Positions 49,901-62,846 of a DNA stretch of 64,000 bases are shown piece by piece. Location: contig JAAOMT010000201.1 in assembly GCA_016748015.1 (NCBI GenBank), positions 124,001 through 188,000 of the forward strand. The letters are read 5' to 3'. The stretch's first letter is position 1. Each line of letters opens with the position of its first letter. This stretch comes from Geosiphon pyriformis uo1 (lineage: Eukaryota; Fungi; Glomeromycota). Position numbers and translations under genes: made by a program. The notes beneath the pieces are model-generated. The model worked only from the letters and a program-made list of their open reading frames with translations. It ran no database searches and was not told where the DNA came from.

Positions 49901-52900
49901 CTATTTTTTTGTATTTTTTTTCTATGAGTAACATCGGGATCATGTCAGTGGAGTTCAAGAACTGGGTATACTCAAAACCCGAGTTTGCAGAACTATTTAA
50001 GCCTCTTAGTTGCCCCAAAAGATGTTTCATTTAATAATGTAAAAACCAACCAAACACAACTACTTACCACCAACAACATTCTACCAGTTACTATTATGGA
50101 AGATGAGTCATTTACAGCTATATTTCCCTTCGAAATTAAAGAACTGTCAGAAATTCTTTTGTTCAGTGAAGCTGTACTTGAGGAAAAACCCATTACAGTA
50201 ATGTACACTAACACCAAAATTGATGGCCATTCCATCAAACTGATCCTAGATAGTGGATTTGCTGGCAGCATAATCACAAGACAGCTTATGGACCAATTAA
50301 ATTGTTGAGTTGATCAAGCTGCCAGTGCAAGGATAATTACAACTGATAAAGCCATCAAGACTTCAATTAGTGAAATAGATGATTTACCCATCAAAGTTAA
50401 CAGCATTATAGTACTGATCAAGATATTAGTTATGGAAGCCACTTAATACTAAGTACTTGTTGGTAATGACTGGCTGTTTAAAATCAATGTGACACTCAAT
50501 TGGAACATTCAAGAGCTCAAGCTTAGCCAAAATGATTAACACACACATGTACCAGCCATGTGTGGCCACTTTAAGTCTATTATCATGCCATCAGCACCAC
50601 TCATTAAATTCGAGGAAGAAGAAAGAAAACCTATCTGAAAAGTCTACCAAGTTTTATGGGCTGACAAAGATCATAACAAGTTACCACTGATACTCTCTTG
50701 GGATGACAATGAGAAAAAAAAGCAGAAAAAAAAACTTATCTGGAATTCTGACCAAGTCTAAAGAACTAACAATGACCAGAAAGAGCTAATAATTTGGGAG
50801 AGAGAAGAAAACAATAAGGAAAAAAAAAAAGAGAAAGAAGAAGAAACAACACCTACCAACACCACTATTTATAACTCCTACACCTATACTACACCACAAT
50901 AATCTACATATCACTGACCAAAGCTCATATGTATTAATTGCAGTAAAAAATTGTCATCAATGGACACATACTGTAGTAACAATAAGAAATACCATATGAC
51001 AATCAAGTTTTATTGCCATCCATGTGTCCTTAAATGCTTTGAAAGACCTAAACAAGTTGGAAAATAGGATAATGAATTATGCTTAGCTTGTGGAGAAACT
51101 TTTTTAGACAAAGAAATATGAAATGACATTTCTGGGCAAAGAGAAACATATGATGAATTATGTTAATACACAATTCTAATAAATAATTGGATAAGAAAAA
51201 AAACACCAATAGAAACAGTCTGGAGATAAGCAGTCAAATGTCTGAATGGCTGTCTATACAATGACAACAAAATCTGGTGAATGGCACTTGCCAAAATTGA
51301 AGAAGCATCACCAGAAAAAATAAAAACAATTAAAAATAACTCACCTGAACCCATAGAACTTGACTGAAACTCAAAACCAGTTATCAATCTTCTGGATCCA
51401 GAACAATTTCATAAACACTACCAAGAATTAACATCCACAAGAGAGGAGCAAGAGCAATGCTTAGAACAGCTAAACACTTAACTGTGTTAATACTGCCTAA
51501 TTTCATGTGACTTTTAATATTGTAATAAGTGTGATTTCATTTACAATCCACCACCATACATGATCTACACAATCTTGGAAAAAGAAAAACCAATCAGCAG
51601 CTGTACATCAGAATTAGAATCAACTTTTAATTTTGATTCAAACTTTGACAACAATGATGATGAAAACAATGATTCCAGTTCCATTCAAAATGGCAATAAA
51701 AATAACAATGATTTAGACTTTGATTCAAACCCCAAAACATACATCACACTCTCTGATCTTACTAAGGAGCAAGAACTGAAATAGTTTAGCAATAATAATG
51801 AAAGTATTATGTCAGAATGTGTGCATAATACCAATGCAGAGTTTAATCTGAGATATCCTGGAAAAAATGCCATCAAATTGGAACCACATTCATGCATCTG
51901 CATTGATTTTAAAGTAGTACTAGAAATTCCAGCAACAACAATAATTTAACTAACATCTAGAAATAACCTAGCAAAAAAGAGAATCAACATCAGAGGAAAA
52001 ATAATTGACACAGAATATGTAAGAAATATCATTGCAATGCTACAAAATGACTCAAAAAAAACCTATATCATAGAGCCAAATGAAAAGATAACACAGGCAA
52101 TATTCCTGCCTCTGGTTAAAATAGCTCAATTAGTATCAGTAGAAAACAGAGAAGAATTAGGGATTACAGCTAAAGAAATACAGGGTTTCGGATCCATGAG
52201 TAGGATAGATGTACCAATTAATATGGCAGAGGAAAAAATTGTTGACAAAGAAGAAATTATCTCCACCTGTCAATCAATTTCCATTTCATCATATGATCAG
52301 TACATGGTAGTCATAAAGAGAAAAAATAAAGAATCAGGTTTAGATTTTTGAGACAGAAACAGCATTTTGTAAATTAGGAGAAATTAGATTAGTTAATTTA
52401 TACATACCAGCCAAAAACCACAAACACATTAAAATTCTTATTTACAACAACATAGGAGATATCATTAAGATACCAGAAGGAACCACCATTGGATATCTAA
52501 TCACCAAAATTGAAGACCAACTGCCAAATGCCATTTCAGATTTTCCACAATTGTGTGAATATGTAGATATCACATCACAAACAATATATGGATGAAAAGA
52601 ATATTATTTGCTCTAACTAGAACAATTGAAACAAATAAACTTGGGAAATTTAGACCCACTACAACATATGCAGCTCAAGATGTTACTCAACAACTTTAAT
52701 AACATCTTTGCCAGCAAAAATGAATTTGGCCAAATGGATATTATTCAACATCAAATAAAAATAGGAGATACAATACCAATTAAGCAAAGAGCATACAGAG
52801 TATTACCAGCCAGCCATAAGATCATTTGTCAAGAAATCAATTGGATGCTTGAAAACAGGCTAATTCAATTATCAATGAGCCCATGGTCATCACCAGTGGT

Positions 52901-54034
52901 ACTAGTTTGTAAGAAAAATGGGAAAATTCACTTTTGTGTAAATTACCAGAAACTGAATGAAGTAACTAAAGATGATAGCTATTCAACTCCAAAGATCCAA
53001 GAATTGTTTGACACTTTTGGCAGAAAAAAAGGGTTCTCAATTCTAGACTTAGACAGTGATTATTGGCAAGTAGCCATAAAACCAGAAGATAAAGAGAAAA
53101 CGGCTTTTACAACTCAAGAAAAAAATTTTGAATTTAAAGTAATGCTATTTGGCTTAATGAATACTCCTGTCACATTTTAATGACTCATAGAAATTGTCTA
53201 TACTGGATTGCTATGAAAATCAGTAGTTGTATACTTGGATAACACCAATGTGTTCTCAAAAATATTTGATGATCATCTACATTATCTCCAACAAGTATTT
53301 AAAAGACTCAAACAAGCAGGATTGAAATTAAATGCAAACAAATGTTTCTTTAGAAAAACTGAACTCAAGTTTTTAGAACATGTTGTGAGCAAAGATAGTA
53401 TAAAAATGGATCCAGACAAGATTGAAGTAGTCAAAAACTTTCCAGTACCAACCAACTTGACAGAACTAAAAACATTCTTGAGATTTGCCAAATACTACTA
53501 CCACTTTATCAAAAACTTTTCAAAAATAGCTTAGCCATTACACCAGCTTCAATCAAAAACCACCAAGTATAATTGATGAAAACCCAGCAAGAAGCATTTG
53601 ACATATTAAGAAGAAAGCTTATTCAAGTTTCAATGTTGATGTATTCAGATCACAGCAAACCATTTATCATTATCACTGATGCATCAAGTTAAGCATTGGG
53701 AGCAGTACTATCACAGAGAGAACCAGATGGAAGAAAACATTCAATAGCATATGTCAGCCAAAGTTTGAGTTCAACTGAAAAAAACTATAGAATACCAGCA
53801 CTAAAATACTTAGCAATCTATTGGGCAGTTATAAAATAAAAGGAATACTTAAGCCAAAAGTTTGAAGTGTATACTAATCATAAGGAATTGACTTCAATCC
53901 AGAAGCAAGAATTTGAAGACAATCACCATGCCAGATAGAAAATAGAACTTTCACCATTTAATTATACAGTACATTACAAAAAAAGAAAAAAAAACAGAAA
54001 TGCTGATGATTTGTCATGAATAAAACAAATCTAA
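46912..54034 (+). pseudogene. B5 gag-PR-Cys-rich-dUTPase-RT-RNase H, split by a solo LTR
   Basis: MVYA at 47809, CYNCSKQ knuckle, LILDSGFAGS, dUTPase ~51778-52203, RT ORFs 52626 and 53235; TAA at 54032. Confidence 0.9.
48941..49933 (-). mobile_element. Solo LTR of family B
   Basis: TGTTAC/GTAACA ends, TSD TCAG/TCGG, B-family conserved core, B2-type U3 repeats. Confidence 0.92.
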
Positions 54035-54066
54035 AAAAACATTTCAACCCAAAAATATAACAAAAA

Positions 54067-55443
54067 ATGAATATACAAAAATACCAACAGCTATAATATT
54101 ATATAAATACCCAATTGTTCAAAAAGAAATTATCTTAAAAAGAACAAAACAACATAAAACAACAATCAAAATATTTTATTAACCACCAAAATATACTTTA
54201 CCAAAAAAACAAAAAAAATCCAGATCAATCAACCAGAGTAATTACAGAACCAAAGAAAGAAACAATATTATTCAACATGCACTCAGATCCAACAGCAGGA
54301 CATTTTCACAAAGAAGCAATCATAAAAAGAATCAGAAAAAGATATTATTGGCCATCAATATACCCAGACATTATCCAATATGTTCAAAATTGTAATGCTT
54401 GTCAAAGAAAAAGTGGAACAAAACCCAGTAAACCATTAAGACCAATCAAAGTAAGACAACTATTCAATTATATCAGGATTGATTTAGTTGGTTTATTAAC
54501 AATCATCAGCAGAGATAACAGATATATTGCAGTAGCCATAAATTATCTTATAAAATGGCCAGAAGCAAAAGCCATTTAAAGAACAGATGCAGAATTTGTT
54601 GCCAAATTTGTTCATCAAGATTTGATCTGTTGACATGGATGTCCAAAAGAACTACTATCAGATCAAAGAACCCACTTTGTGAATAAAACATTGGTGGAGT
54701 TAAGTCAAAAATTTGGGATAAAAAAACCATTATTATCATCATACCATCCACAAACAAATGGGTTAATTAAACAGTTTAACTGAACATTATGTAAAGCAGT
54801 AGCCAAGATCAGTCAAAAAAACCAGGATAAATGGGATTTGTTCATACTATCAGTATTATTTGCTTATCAGACAATAAAACAAAACACTACACAAGCAACA
54901 CTATTTGAATTAGTATACAGTAGAACAGCAATATTACCAGTTGAGATAGAAGTCAAAACATATCCAACAGAACCAATAACAGAAGAGAATTTTTAGAGAA
55001 CATTGTTAAAAAAAACATATAACTTAATGGAAACATTAGAAAACACATGGTAAAAAACAGCTGACAATATACAAAAATCACAAAAAAAACAAAAAAAAAG
55101 ACATAATAACCAACTACCAGAGAAACCAGTTAAATTCAAAATTGGAGACAAAGTACTTTTACATCATACTAAAGTGGAAAAACAATAAAGTGGAAAATTT
55201 GACCCCAAATAAGATGGACTATTTTACATAAAAAAAATTCTTAGAAATAGAGCTTATAAATTAAGGTTGAACAACAAAATCTTAACCAAAGCAGTACATA
55301 ATGATCAACTAAAACAATATCACTATCTAGCATCATTATTTACTAGTAATATTCCACAATTAAGAATACAGAAAATACTAGTCAAACTAGATGACATTCC
55401 ACGAGATCTAAAACCAATTATAATCATTAAACAAAACACATAA
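54067..55443 (+). pseudogene. B5 integrase (separate ORF)
   Basis: ATG at 54067; HSDPTAGHF..CNACQ, IDLVG; TAA at 55441. Confidence 0.9.
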
Positions 55444-55483
55444 AATTGAATAACCAAAAGAGTATATAAAATATGGTATACGT

Positions 55484-56465
55484 TGTTACTGGAGGTTTTT
55501 GGTCTCTTTTCTTAAATGTTGTTGATGCTTGTTTGCTGTGAATTCACGTTTTCTGGATGTGGTTGAACCTCCAGTAACTGAATTTATCTTCAAATTATCT
55601 CCTATAATTTGAATTGCTGGGCTTATAAGTGGAATGGCCAATTCTGTGCCAGTTACTTTATGTAGTTACGTTGTAGTAAACGTCAACTCTTTCCCAGGAA
55701 TTGCTCATCTGGAAGCTCACTAAAATGTATAGTTACTTTGCTGTGAAAGTCAACTCTTCTACAGAAATCTTGTCTGTAGGCTACCCTAATGATTATAGTA
55801 AGAAAAATAAAAATAAAAAAATAAAAAAATGTAAAAGAAATGAAATTCTGTCAAGAAAAACATTTTCAATCCAGGCCTGAAGTCACTAACAGATTATTGA
55901 AATTGGTAGCTAATCAATTTCAAAACTTTAGTTGGGTTTTGAGGATTTTCCAAGTGCAATAATTAAAGAATTTGGTTTTTTGAATTATTTGATATTTATT
56001 TTTTTTTGTGTGTGTAGGAATGGTTCTAAGTGATAAATCTAAAGTAAGATACATTTTTTCGAAGAGAGAAGCTCTTCTTTTTATACAACTTGTCGTAACA
56101 CTATTCTATGAACTTGAACTTTGCTATTTTCTACAATTTTGCTGAATTAAAGATACATTTCAGCAAATTACAAGTTATTTCTGCAAACTATTAGATATTT
56201 TGGTGAACTATCAATTATTTTGGCAAATTTCTATAAATTTCGGTGAACTTTTGAATGTTACATAGTTCGGGGTATTGCATGATTGATCATTGCAATTAGG
56301 TTACATTTGTGTTGTGTACAATTTGGGTTATTAATTAAATGATAATTTTGGACATTTTTGCTAATGTAATAAGTGATAATTTGAAACGATAATATATGCT
56401 AATTAATGATAGGAATTATAAGATAGTTTCATGCTCAATGATATCTCTAATTTCGTCTGGTAACA
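55484..56465 (-). repeat. L2 3' LTR
   Basis: homologous to 1033-2001; preceded by PPT. Confidence 0.92.
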
Positions 56466-57162
56466 TAACCTCCTCCTCAAGACTGAGCTCTATTGAAGTC
56501 CAAGTACTGTTTGTTATTTCCAGATAATAATCCAAAATTATTGAAGAAATTTGGTCTGAAAATTGTTGAAATTTCAGTTCTGTGAACTTTTCAATATATT
56601 GAATCTTCAAAGGTTGAAAAATTGGGTTTTGTAGTACATTTTCACAGGTGTAGAATAGGTCATAAAGTCTAAGAGCAGCTTTAAGCCTGTAGCAACTGTT
56701 TGTTGATCCAGCTATTGTCTTGAATTTGTTGTGGAGTTGTTTCTGAATAGCTTCTTTTGTAAGGTTTGTTGTTGTAAGTTCCAGTTTCTGTTCGTAGAGT
56801 GTTTTTCCAATATGAAAATATCTATAGATTGGAGGATATTCAGTGTTTTCCTTATTCAGACACAGTTGAAGTCTTTGTTGAATTGTAGCATTTAGTGGAA
56901 TACTAATCAGAGTGAGCATTAGATTTTCTCTTAAAGCAAGCTTTAAAAGTTCTGGCAGGTGAATTCCAGTATAACTTCTTGTGTTCTTTTTATACGGGTG
57001 ATATTTTCGTGAATTTGGGGCTAAATTTGTAACTACTTTTGTTTGGGTATAATTAATGTGGTTTCCAGTAATGGTAATGAATAATTCGGGTATTGTTTTT
57101 AAAGCTAACATTAGTTTTTGAGATAATTGTTGAATGTTTTGAGGAATAGTCATTATAAGCAA
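56416..57162 (-). CDS. L2 ORF3, intact protein of unknown function (first ATG at 57153), reads through the PPT into U3
   Basis: 248-aa open frame; colinear homolog at 62827-63534 with many conservative substitutions. Confidence 0.8.
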   Translation of the reverse strand: MLIMTIPQNIQQLSQKLMLALKTIPELFITITGNHINYTQTKVVTNLAPNSRKYHPYKKNTRSYTGIHLPELLKLALRENLMLTLISIPLNATIQQRLQLCLNKENTEYPPIYRYFHIGKTLYEQKLELTTTNLTKEAIQKQLHNKFKTIAGSTNSCYRLKAALRLYDLFYTCENVLQNPIFQPLKIQYIEKFTELKFQQFSDQISSIILDYYLEITNSTWTSIELSLEEEVMLPDEIRDIIEHETIL

Positions 57163-57274
57163 TTTGAAATAAAAGAAAATTATTTTTGGTGCATAGGTTT
57201 TTATGTTATTTTTGTTTTGTTTTTGTGAGATTGTTTTTAAATTATAAGAAGATAACTATAATAATTAATTTAAA

Positions 57275-58660
57275 TTAAGTGTTCAAGTTGGGAGGCTGTT
57301 CAATGACAACTATTGGTTCTAAATTTTAGGGAATGTTTTTGGGATTGATTAAAGAGAAATGTGTACCAATTTGTGGAATTAATAGTTCAGGATTGTTTCT
57401 GGAATTATAGTATTTCAAATGATCTCCATATGCAACTTTTGCTAGAATTTTGTCATCAAGTCTTAGCTTGTATGATCCGTTGCCTAAAACTTCATGGATA
57501 AAGAATGGTCCATCCCATTTATTTTCAAATTTCTCACTCCATTGTTTTTCAGCTTTAGTTCTGTGTAAGAGAACTTTGTTTCCGATTTTAAATTTATTGG
57601 TGACTGGAGGCAATTTGTCATCATGCCATTCTTTTTGTTGAGCTTGGGAATTTTTAATATAGGTGGCTGCTATTCATCGTTTTCCTTCCAACGTGCTAAG
57701 CAGAGTGTAGGCTCTTTGTTGAAGTGTTTTCTGAAAATTGTTTTTATTGATTGGTTGTGCTGGGTATGTTTCCACTGTGAACTTAATTGGTAGCGTTGCT
57801 GTTCTTCTGTAAGTTAAATCAAATGGTGTGTGTTTTGTGATATCTTGTTTTAGTGTTCTATATGCTAGTAACACTGATGGAATAAAGATATCCCATTCTT
57901 GCTCAAAATCGGTTGAGACTTTGGCTAATAACTCACACAATGTTCTGTTAAAACGTTCTACAAGTCCGTTTGTTTGTGGATGGTAAGACGAAGACAGAGG
58001 TCTTTTGACATTGAATTGTTCACAAATTTCTTGTATTAGGTTGTTCACAAAATGTGTTCCCTGGTTGGATAAAAGTTCAATTGGACATCCGTGTCTACAA
58101 ATGATGTCTTCGTAGATGAAATTTGCTACTGATTTCGCATCTGCTCGTTAAATGGCTCTGGCTTCAGGCCATTTAGTAAGATAGTTTACAGCTACTGCAA
58201 TATAATGGTTTTCTTGAGTGGTGATAGATAATGATCCGACTAAATTGATACCAACTTAGTTAAAGGGTTGTCCAACTTTGATTGGATTTAATGATTCAGT
58301 AGGACGTGTTCTTCCTCTTCTTTGACAACTATCACAAGATTTGACATATTCATAAATGTCTTTCCTCATTCGAGGCCAAAAGTAGTATTCTAGTGTTCTT
58401 TGAGTGGTGCTATCTTTTCCGAAGTGTGCTGATGAAGGATCTGAGTGCATGTTGTATAATATGGTCTTTTTTTCCTGTTCTTGTATTAGTTTAAGTGGTT
58501 TGTCTGGGTTTTTGAAATTTCGATGATAAATAATGTTGTTGTGTAGAAAATATTGTTTGGCTTGTTGTTGTAGTTGATGTTTTTTATCTGGAGACCAATC
58601 TGTTGGGATTGTTAATGTTTCCAAATATTGTTTGAAATTGTTGTAGTTTTCTGAATTTAT
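57275..58660 (-). pseudogene. L2 integrase (separate ORF)
   Basis: HSDPSSAHFG..CDSCQ, YHPQTNGLVERFNRTL, WDGPF. Confidence 0.92.
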
Positions 58661-58709
58661 TGTTTGTTGGCTCTTTTGGTTGGTTAAGTTGAGTGTTGGT
58701 TTTTGTTTT

Positions 58710-61700
58710 CTAATCTTGTATCATTCTGGAGAGACAGTCAACATTGGTGTGGAGTTTTCTTGGTTTGTGATATACTATGTATCAATAATTTGCTAGAAAT
58801 CCTGTCCATCAGATTTGTTTTGCATTCAGCTGAGTATTTTTGTTCTGAAGCCATTTGAGTCCAATATTATCAGTGATAATATCGAATTCTTTAGGCCTGA
58901 GATAAAGGTTGAAGTAGTGTAGGGCCCAAATTACAGCTGCTGTTTCTAGTTCTGTGGCAGAGTAGTTTTTCTCAGCTGGTTTTAATGTTTTGCTAGCATA
59001 AGCAATTACTCACTCATTTCTATTGTTATCTAGTTGTGATAAGATGGCACCAAAGACAGTATATGAAGCATCTGTAGCTAGTCAAAATTGGTTGCTGAAA
59101 TCCAGGTAGGTGAGAATTGGGGCTGTTGTCAGTTTTTTCTTGAGAATTTCAAAAGCTTTTTGGTGTTCGGTAGTCCATTTGTATTCCACATTTTTGGTGG
59201 TAAGCTGGTTGAAGGGTTTTGCAATTTCCGAGAATCCTTTGATAAACTTCCGATAGTAGGATGCTAATCTTATAAATCCTCTTAGTTCTGTAGTATTTCG
59301 TAGAACTTTGAAGTTCTTAACAGCACTGATTTTTCCTGGATCTGGTTTGACTCCTTCTTTACTAACTATGTGACCAAGAAAGGCCAAACTTGTTTTTCCA
59401 AAATGGCATTTTTCAATGTTTAGTTTTAATCTTGCTCTACGTAATCGTTAAAAAACTTCTCACAGGTGAATTAAATGAAGTCCAAAAGATGGGGAATAAT
59501 CATCAATGTCATCAAAATAGACAACTACTGATTTCCAAAGGAGTTCAGCATATACAACATTCATGAGTCTTTGGAATGTTGCTGGCGCATTGCATAATCC
59601 AAAGGACATTACATTGAATTTGTAGTTTCTTTCTTGTGTTGTGAATGCTATTTTGGGGCAGTCCTTGGGATCCAAGACAACTTGCCAGTATCCGCTTTCT
59701 AGGTCTAATGTTGAAAAGTATTTAGATTTTCCAAGGGCATCTAACATGTCATCGATTCGCAAAAGAGGGTAAGCATCCCCAATGGTGACACTGTTGAGTT
59801 GTCAATAATCAACACAAAATCGTATCTTTCCATTTTTTTTTTTAACTAGGACCACTGGTGAGGCCCATGGACTCATTGATGGTTGAATAAGCCCATTGTT
59901 AAGCATCCGTTGTACTTCTTCTCAGATAAATTGGTGGCTTTCTGGAGCAACTCGATATGCTTGTTGTCTTCTTGGTTTGGCATCTCCTGTATAAATTTGG
60001 TGTTGGACCAAATCGGTTCTTCCTAAGTCATTGTTGTTTTCAGTGAAGATATTAGCAAATTCTGCAATTAGTTCTTTAAGCTGAGTCTGTTGTTGTGGTT
60101 CAAGTTGTCCTATGTTGATTCGAGATAGTTTTTCTATGACAACATAGTAGTTTTCGGAGCTGGAGTTTGGATTGATTTTTGGTAGTGAATGTCCAATAAT
60201 TTCAGAAAAATTGGGGACTGTTTGGGGTAATTTTTGTTGAAATATGTTACTGTGAATGATTCCAATTTCTAAGTTATTTAATAAAACTATGGGATAATTG
60301 TTGGAATTGTAAAAAGTAACTCGGACTTTTTTTGTTCCTTTTGGAATATAAATGTTTTGGATTGAGATATTATGTTTCAAGCAGATTTGTTTGTTTAATT
60401 CAAAAATTTGTTGTGTGGTTGTTGGCTTTTCACAAATGTAAATTTCAGGGTGTTTTCCAAAGGGTGAAATGGTAATTGGTTGTGGAAGTTGTAAAATCTG
60501 GTAAGATTTTTTCTGTTCATTGAGAGCTATGTTTACTAGAACTGTGAAACGTCCAGTTGAACCAAAACCTTGTGTTCCTCTTTCACTTTTTTCCAACTGT
60601 TCTCTTTGATTAACTAATTGTAAACCCAAAATGTTGATTAAGGGTAGATAAATAGCTTGAGCAATTTTTTCAGCATATCCAATTTTGAAAAGTTTATCAG
60701 TTTCATTTTGTAACATGACTGTGATGTCTCCTGTGTATCTAGCATCAATGATTCCTTCTCTAACATTGATTCCTTTGCTTGCCAAGGATGATCAAGAAGC
60801 AATTTGAACCATTGCTCCTGGTGGGATTTTGAGGACAATTTTGAGGTTGATTTTTGTGAAAGATTTGGGTTTGAAAGTAAGAGTATCTTTTCCTGAATAT
60901 CTTAGATTATATCCAGCATCAATCTTATGGGCTTTTTTTGGTTTTATTCCTTGTCCATTGTTGTTGAAATATTTAAGTTGTAAAGTAGGCTGATTTTCGA
61001 TGAGATAGATGGGTGTTGTCTCAATTTTTTCTGTCACTTCAAGTTCTCCGAATTCAATTTTGTATTCATCATTTTTGCTGGGCAAGGGAATGCTAAGAGC
61101 ATAGCATTCAGGACACTACTGTTCATTACAAGGCATAATACATTCTTCACATAGCCTAATGTTCATTTGCTCTAATTGTTAAATTTGAGCTTCTTAAGTT
61201 GGGTAGGTGTGACTTGTGATTTGGTGGTAGACTTCTACTTCGTCTTCATAATCGAATCCAGCTAATTCCATAGTGTATTCAATGTATTCTGCTTCCTTCA
61301 TTTGGTGAACATCTTCTTTGGTAGCTCCATTAATTAATGCCATTACTAGGTCAAAAATCATTTCAGCATCATGGAAGTAGTGATAAAGTTTGTTGAAAGC
61401 ATTGTTGTATGCTGCATTAAAGGGTGTTTCTCTTTTTACTTTTTCTGAAATTGATAAAGCATATTGGCAGGTCTGATCGCAGACTCCTCCTCTCATGGCT
61501 ACATCAATCCAATTGCATTCTTCCGGTAGCATATTTCCACAAGTCAAACAAAGGGTGTTGTCCCATTTTCCACTCCTTTTTATTAGATGGCCCCATTGTT
61601 CTTTGTGGCAAGTCTTGCAGTAATAACAAGTATGATTTTTATATTCTTCTTCAAATGAAATGCAGGCTCCCATTGATGATAGTTCTTGTGGCAGTCCTTA

Positions 61701-62055
61701 CATTTAAGAGGAATATAGGGGCATTGTTTCCTTGGTTCAGGTTTTGAGTAAAAGATATTCTATTCAGAGGTTTCGGGTTCAGAGTGTGGGGTAAAATGTT
61801 CTTGTTCTGTTTCATTGGCTCAGTTGGATGTTGATCTAAGAGCCATGAATGTTTTAATAAGGGGTTTTTCTTCTTCCAGTTTGAATTCAAAAGCTGGGGC
61901 TTTTTCAGAGTGTTTGTTGAATGTACCACAAATAGCAGGTACCCGGCCATGTTGTCCTTAGTAGGAGATTGTTAACTCTTGTGTTTCCCAATTCAGATTA
62001 GCATTGGCTTTTTGAAGCCAATTATTTCCGATGAGAGCTTGGTATTGGGGTGCGT
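58710..62055 (-). pseudogene. L2 PR end-Cys-rich-dUTPase-RT-RNase H
   Basis: LIGNNWL; CKTC, CLTC; AGYNL, GIIDARYTG, RGTQGFGSTG (~60551-60975); YFDD; TAG at 58712-58710. Confidence 0.92.
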
Positions 62056-62846
62056 TGTTACTGGAGGTTTTTGGTCTCTTTTTTTCAATGTTGGTAATGT
62101 TAATTTGCTGTGAATTCCTATTTTCAGGAAGTAGTTGAACCTCCAATAACTGAATTTATCTTCAAATTATCTCCTATAATTTGAACTGCTGGGCTTATAA
62201 GTAGAATGGCCAATTCCTTGCCAGTTACTTTATGTAGTTACATTGTAGTAAATGTCAACTCTTTTCCAGGAATTTTTTGTCTGGAAGCTTACTAAAAATG
62301 TGTAGTTACTTTGCTGTGAAAGTCAACTCTTTTACAGGAATCTCGTCTGTAGGCTACCCTAATGATTGTAATAAGAAAAATAAAAGAAAATAAAAGAAAT
62401 GTAAAAGAAATAGAATTTTGTCAAGAGAAACGTTTTCTATCCAGGCCTGGAGTCACTNNNNNNNNNNNNNNNNNNNNTTGTTGTAGTACTAGTTTATGAA
62501 CTTGCACTTTTTCTCTTTGCCCAAATTCCAGCAAACTAAAGATATATTTTGATGAACTACAAGTTATTTTGCTGAACTATTGATTAATTTGGGTGAACTA
62601 TTCATAATTTCGGCGAATTTCTGTAAATTTCGGCGAATTTTTGAATGTTACAAAGTTCAGGGTATTGTGTAATTTGATCATCTTACTTTCTGTTATACTA
62701 ATTAGATTATTTTTAATTGAATCGTGATATGTGATAATTGATTAAATAATAAATGATAATTTAAAATGATATTAATATTCTAATGAATTATAGGAATTAT
62801 AAGGGTAATTTCATGCTAATTAATAGCTAAAATTCTACTGGTAACA
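62056..62846 (-). repeat. L3 3' LTR (contains an assembly gap)
   Basis: start nearly identical to the 1033 LTR start. Confidence 0.9.
62458..62477. other. Assembly gap (20 N)
   Basis: run of N; LTR is ~180 bp shorter than its relatives. Confidence 0.98.

Larger units (their letters stand above)
46847..55483 (+). mobile_element. Element B5 internal region (3' end displaced by L2)
   Basis: PBS, gag-pol, IN and ORF3 TATA, then cut by the L LTR at 55484. Confidence 0.88.
55484..62055 (-). mobile_element. Element L2 (3' LTR, ORF3, IN, RH-RT-dUTPase-Cys-rich, PR end), interrupted by L3
   Basis: LTR 55484-56465, PPT GAGGAGGAGG, gypsy domain order on the minus strand. Confidence 0.92.
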
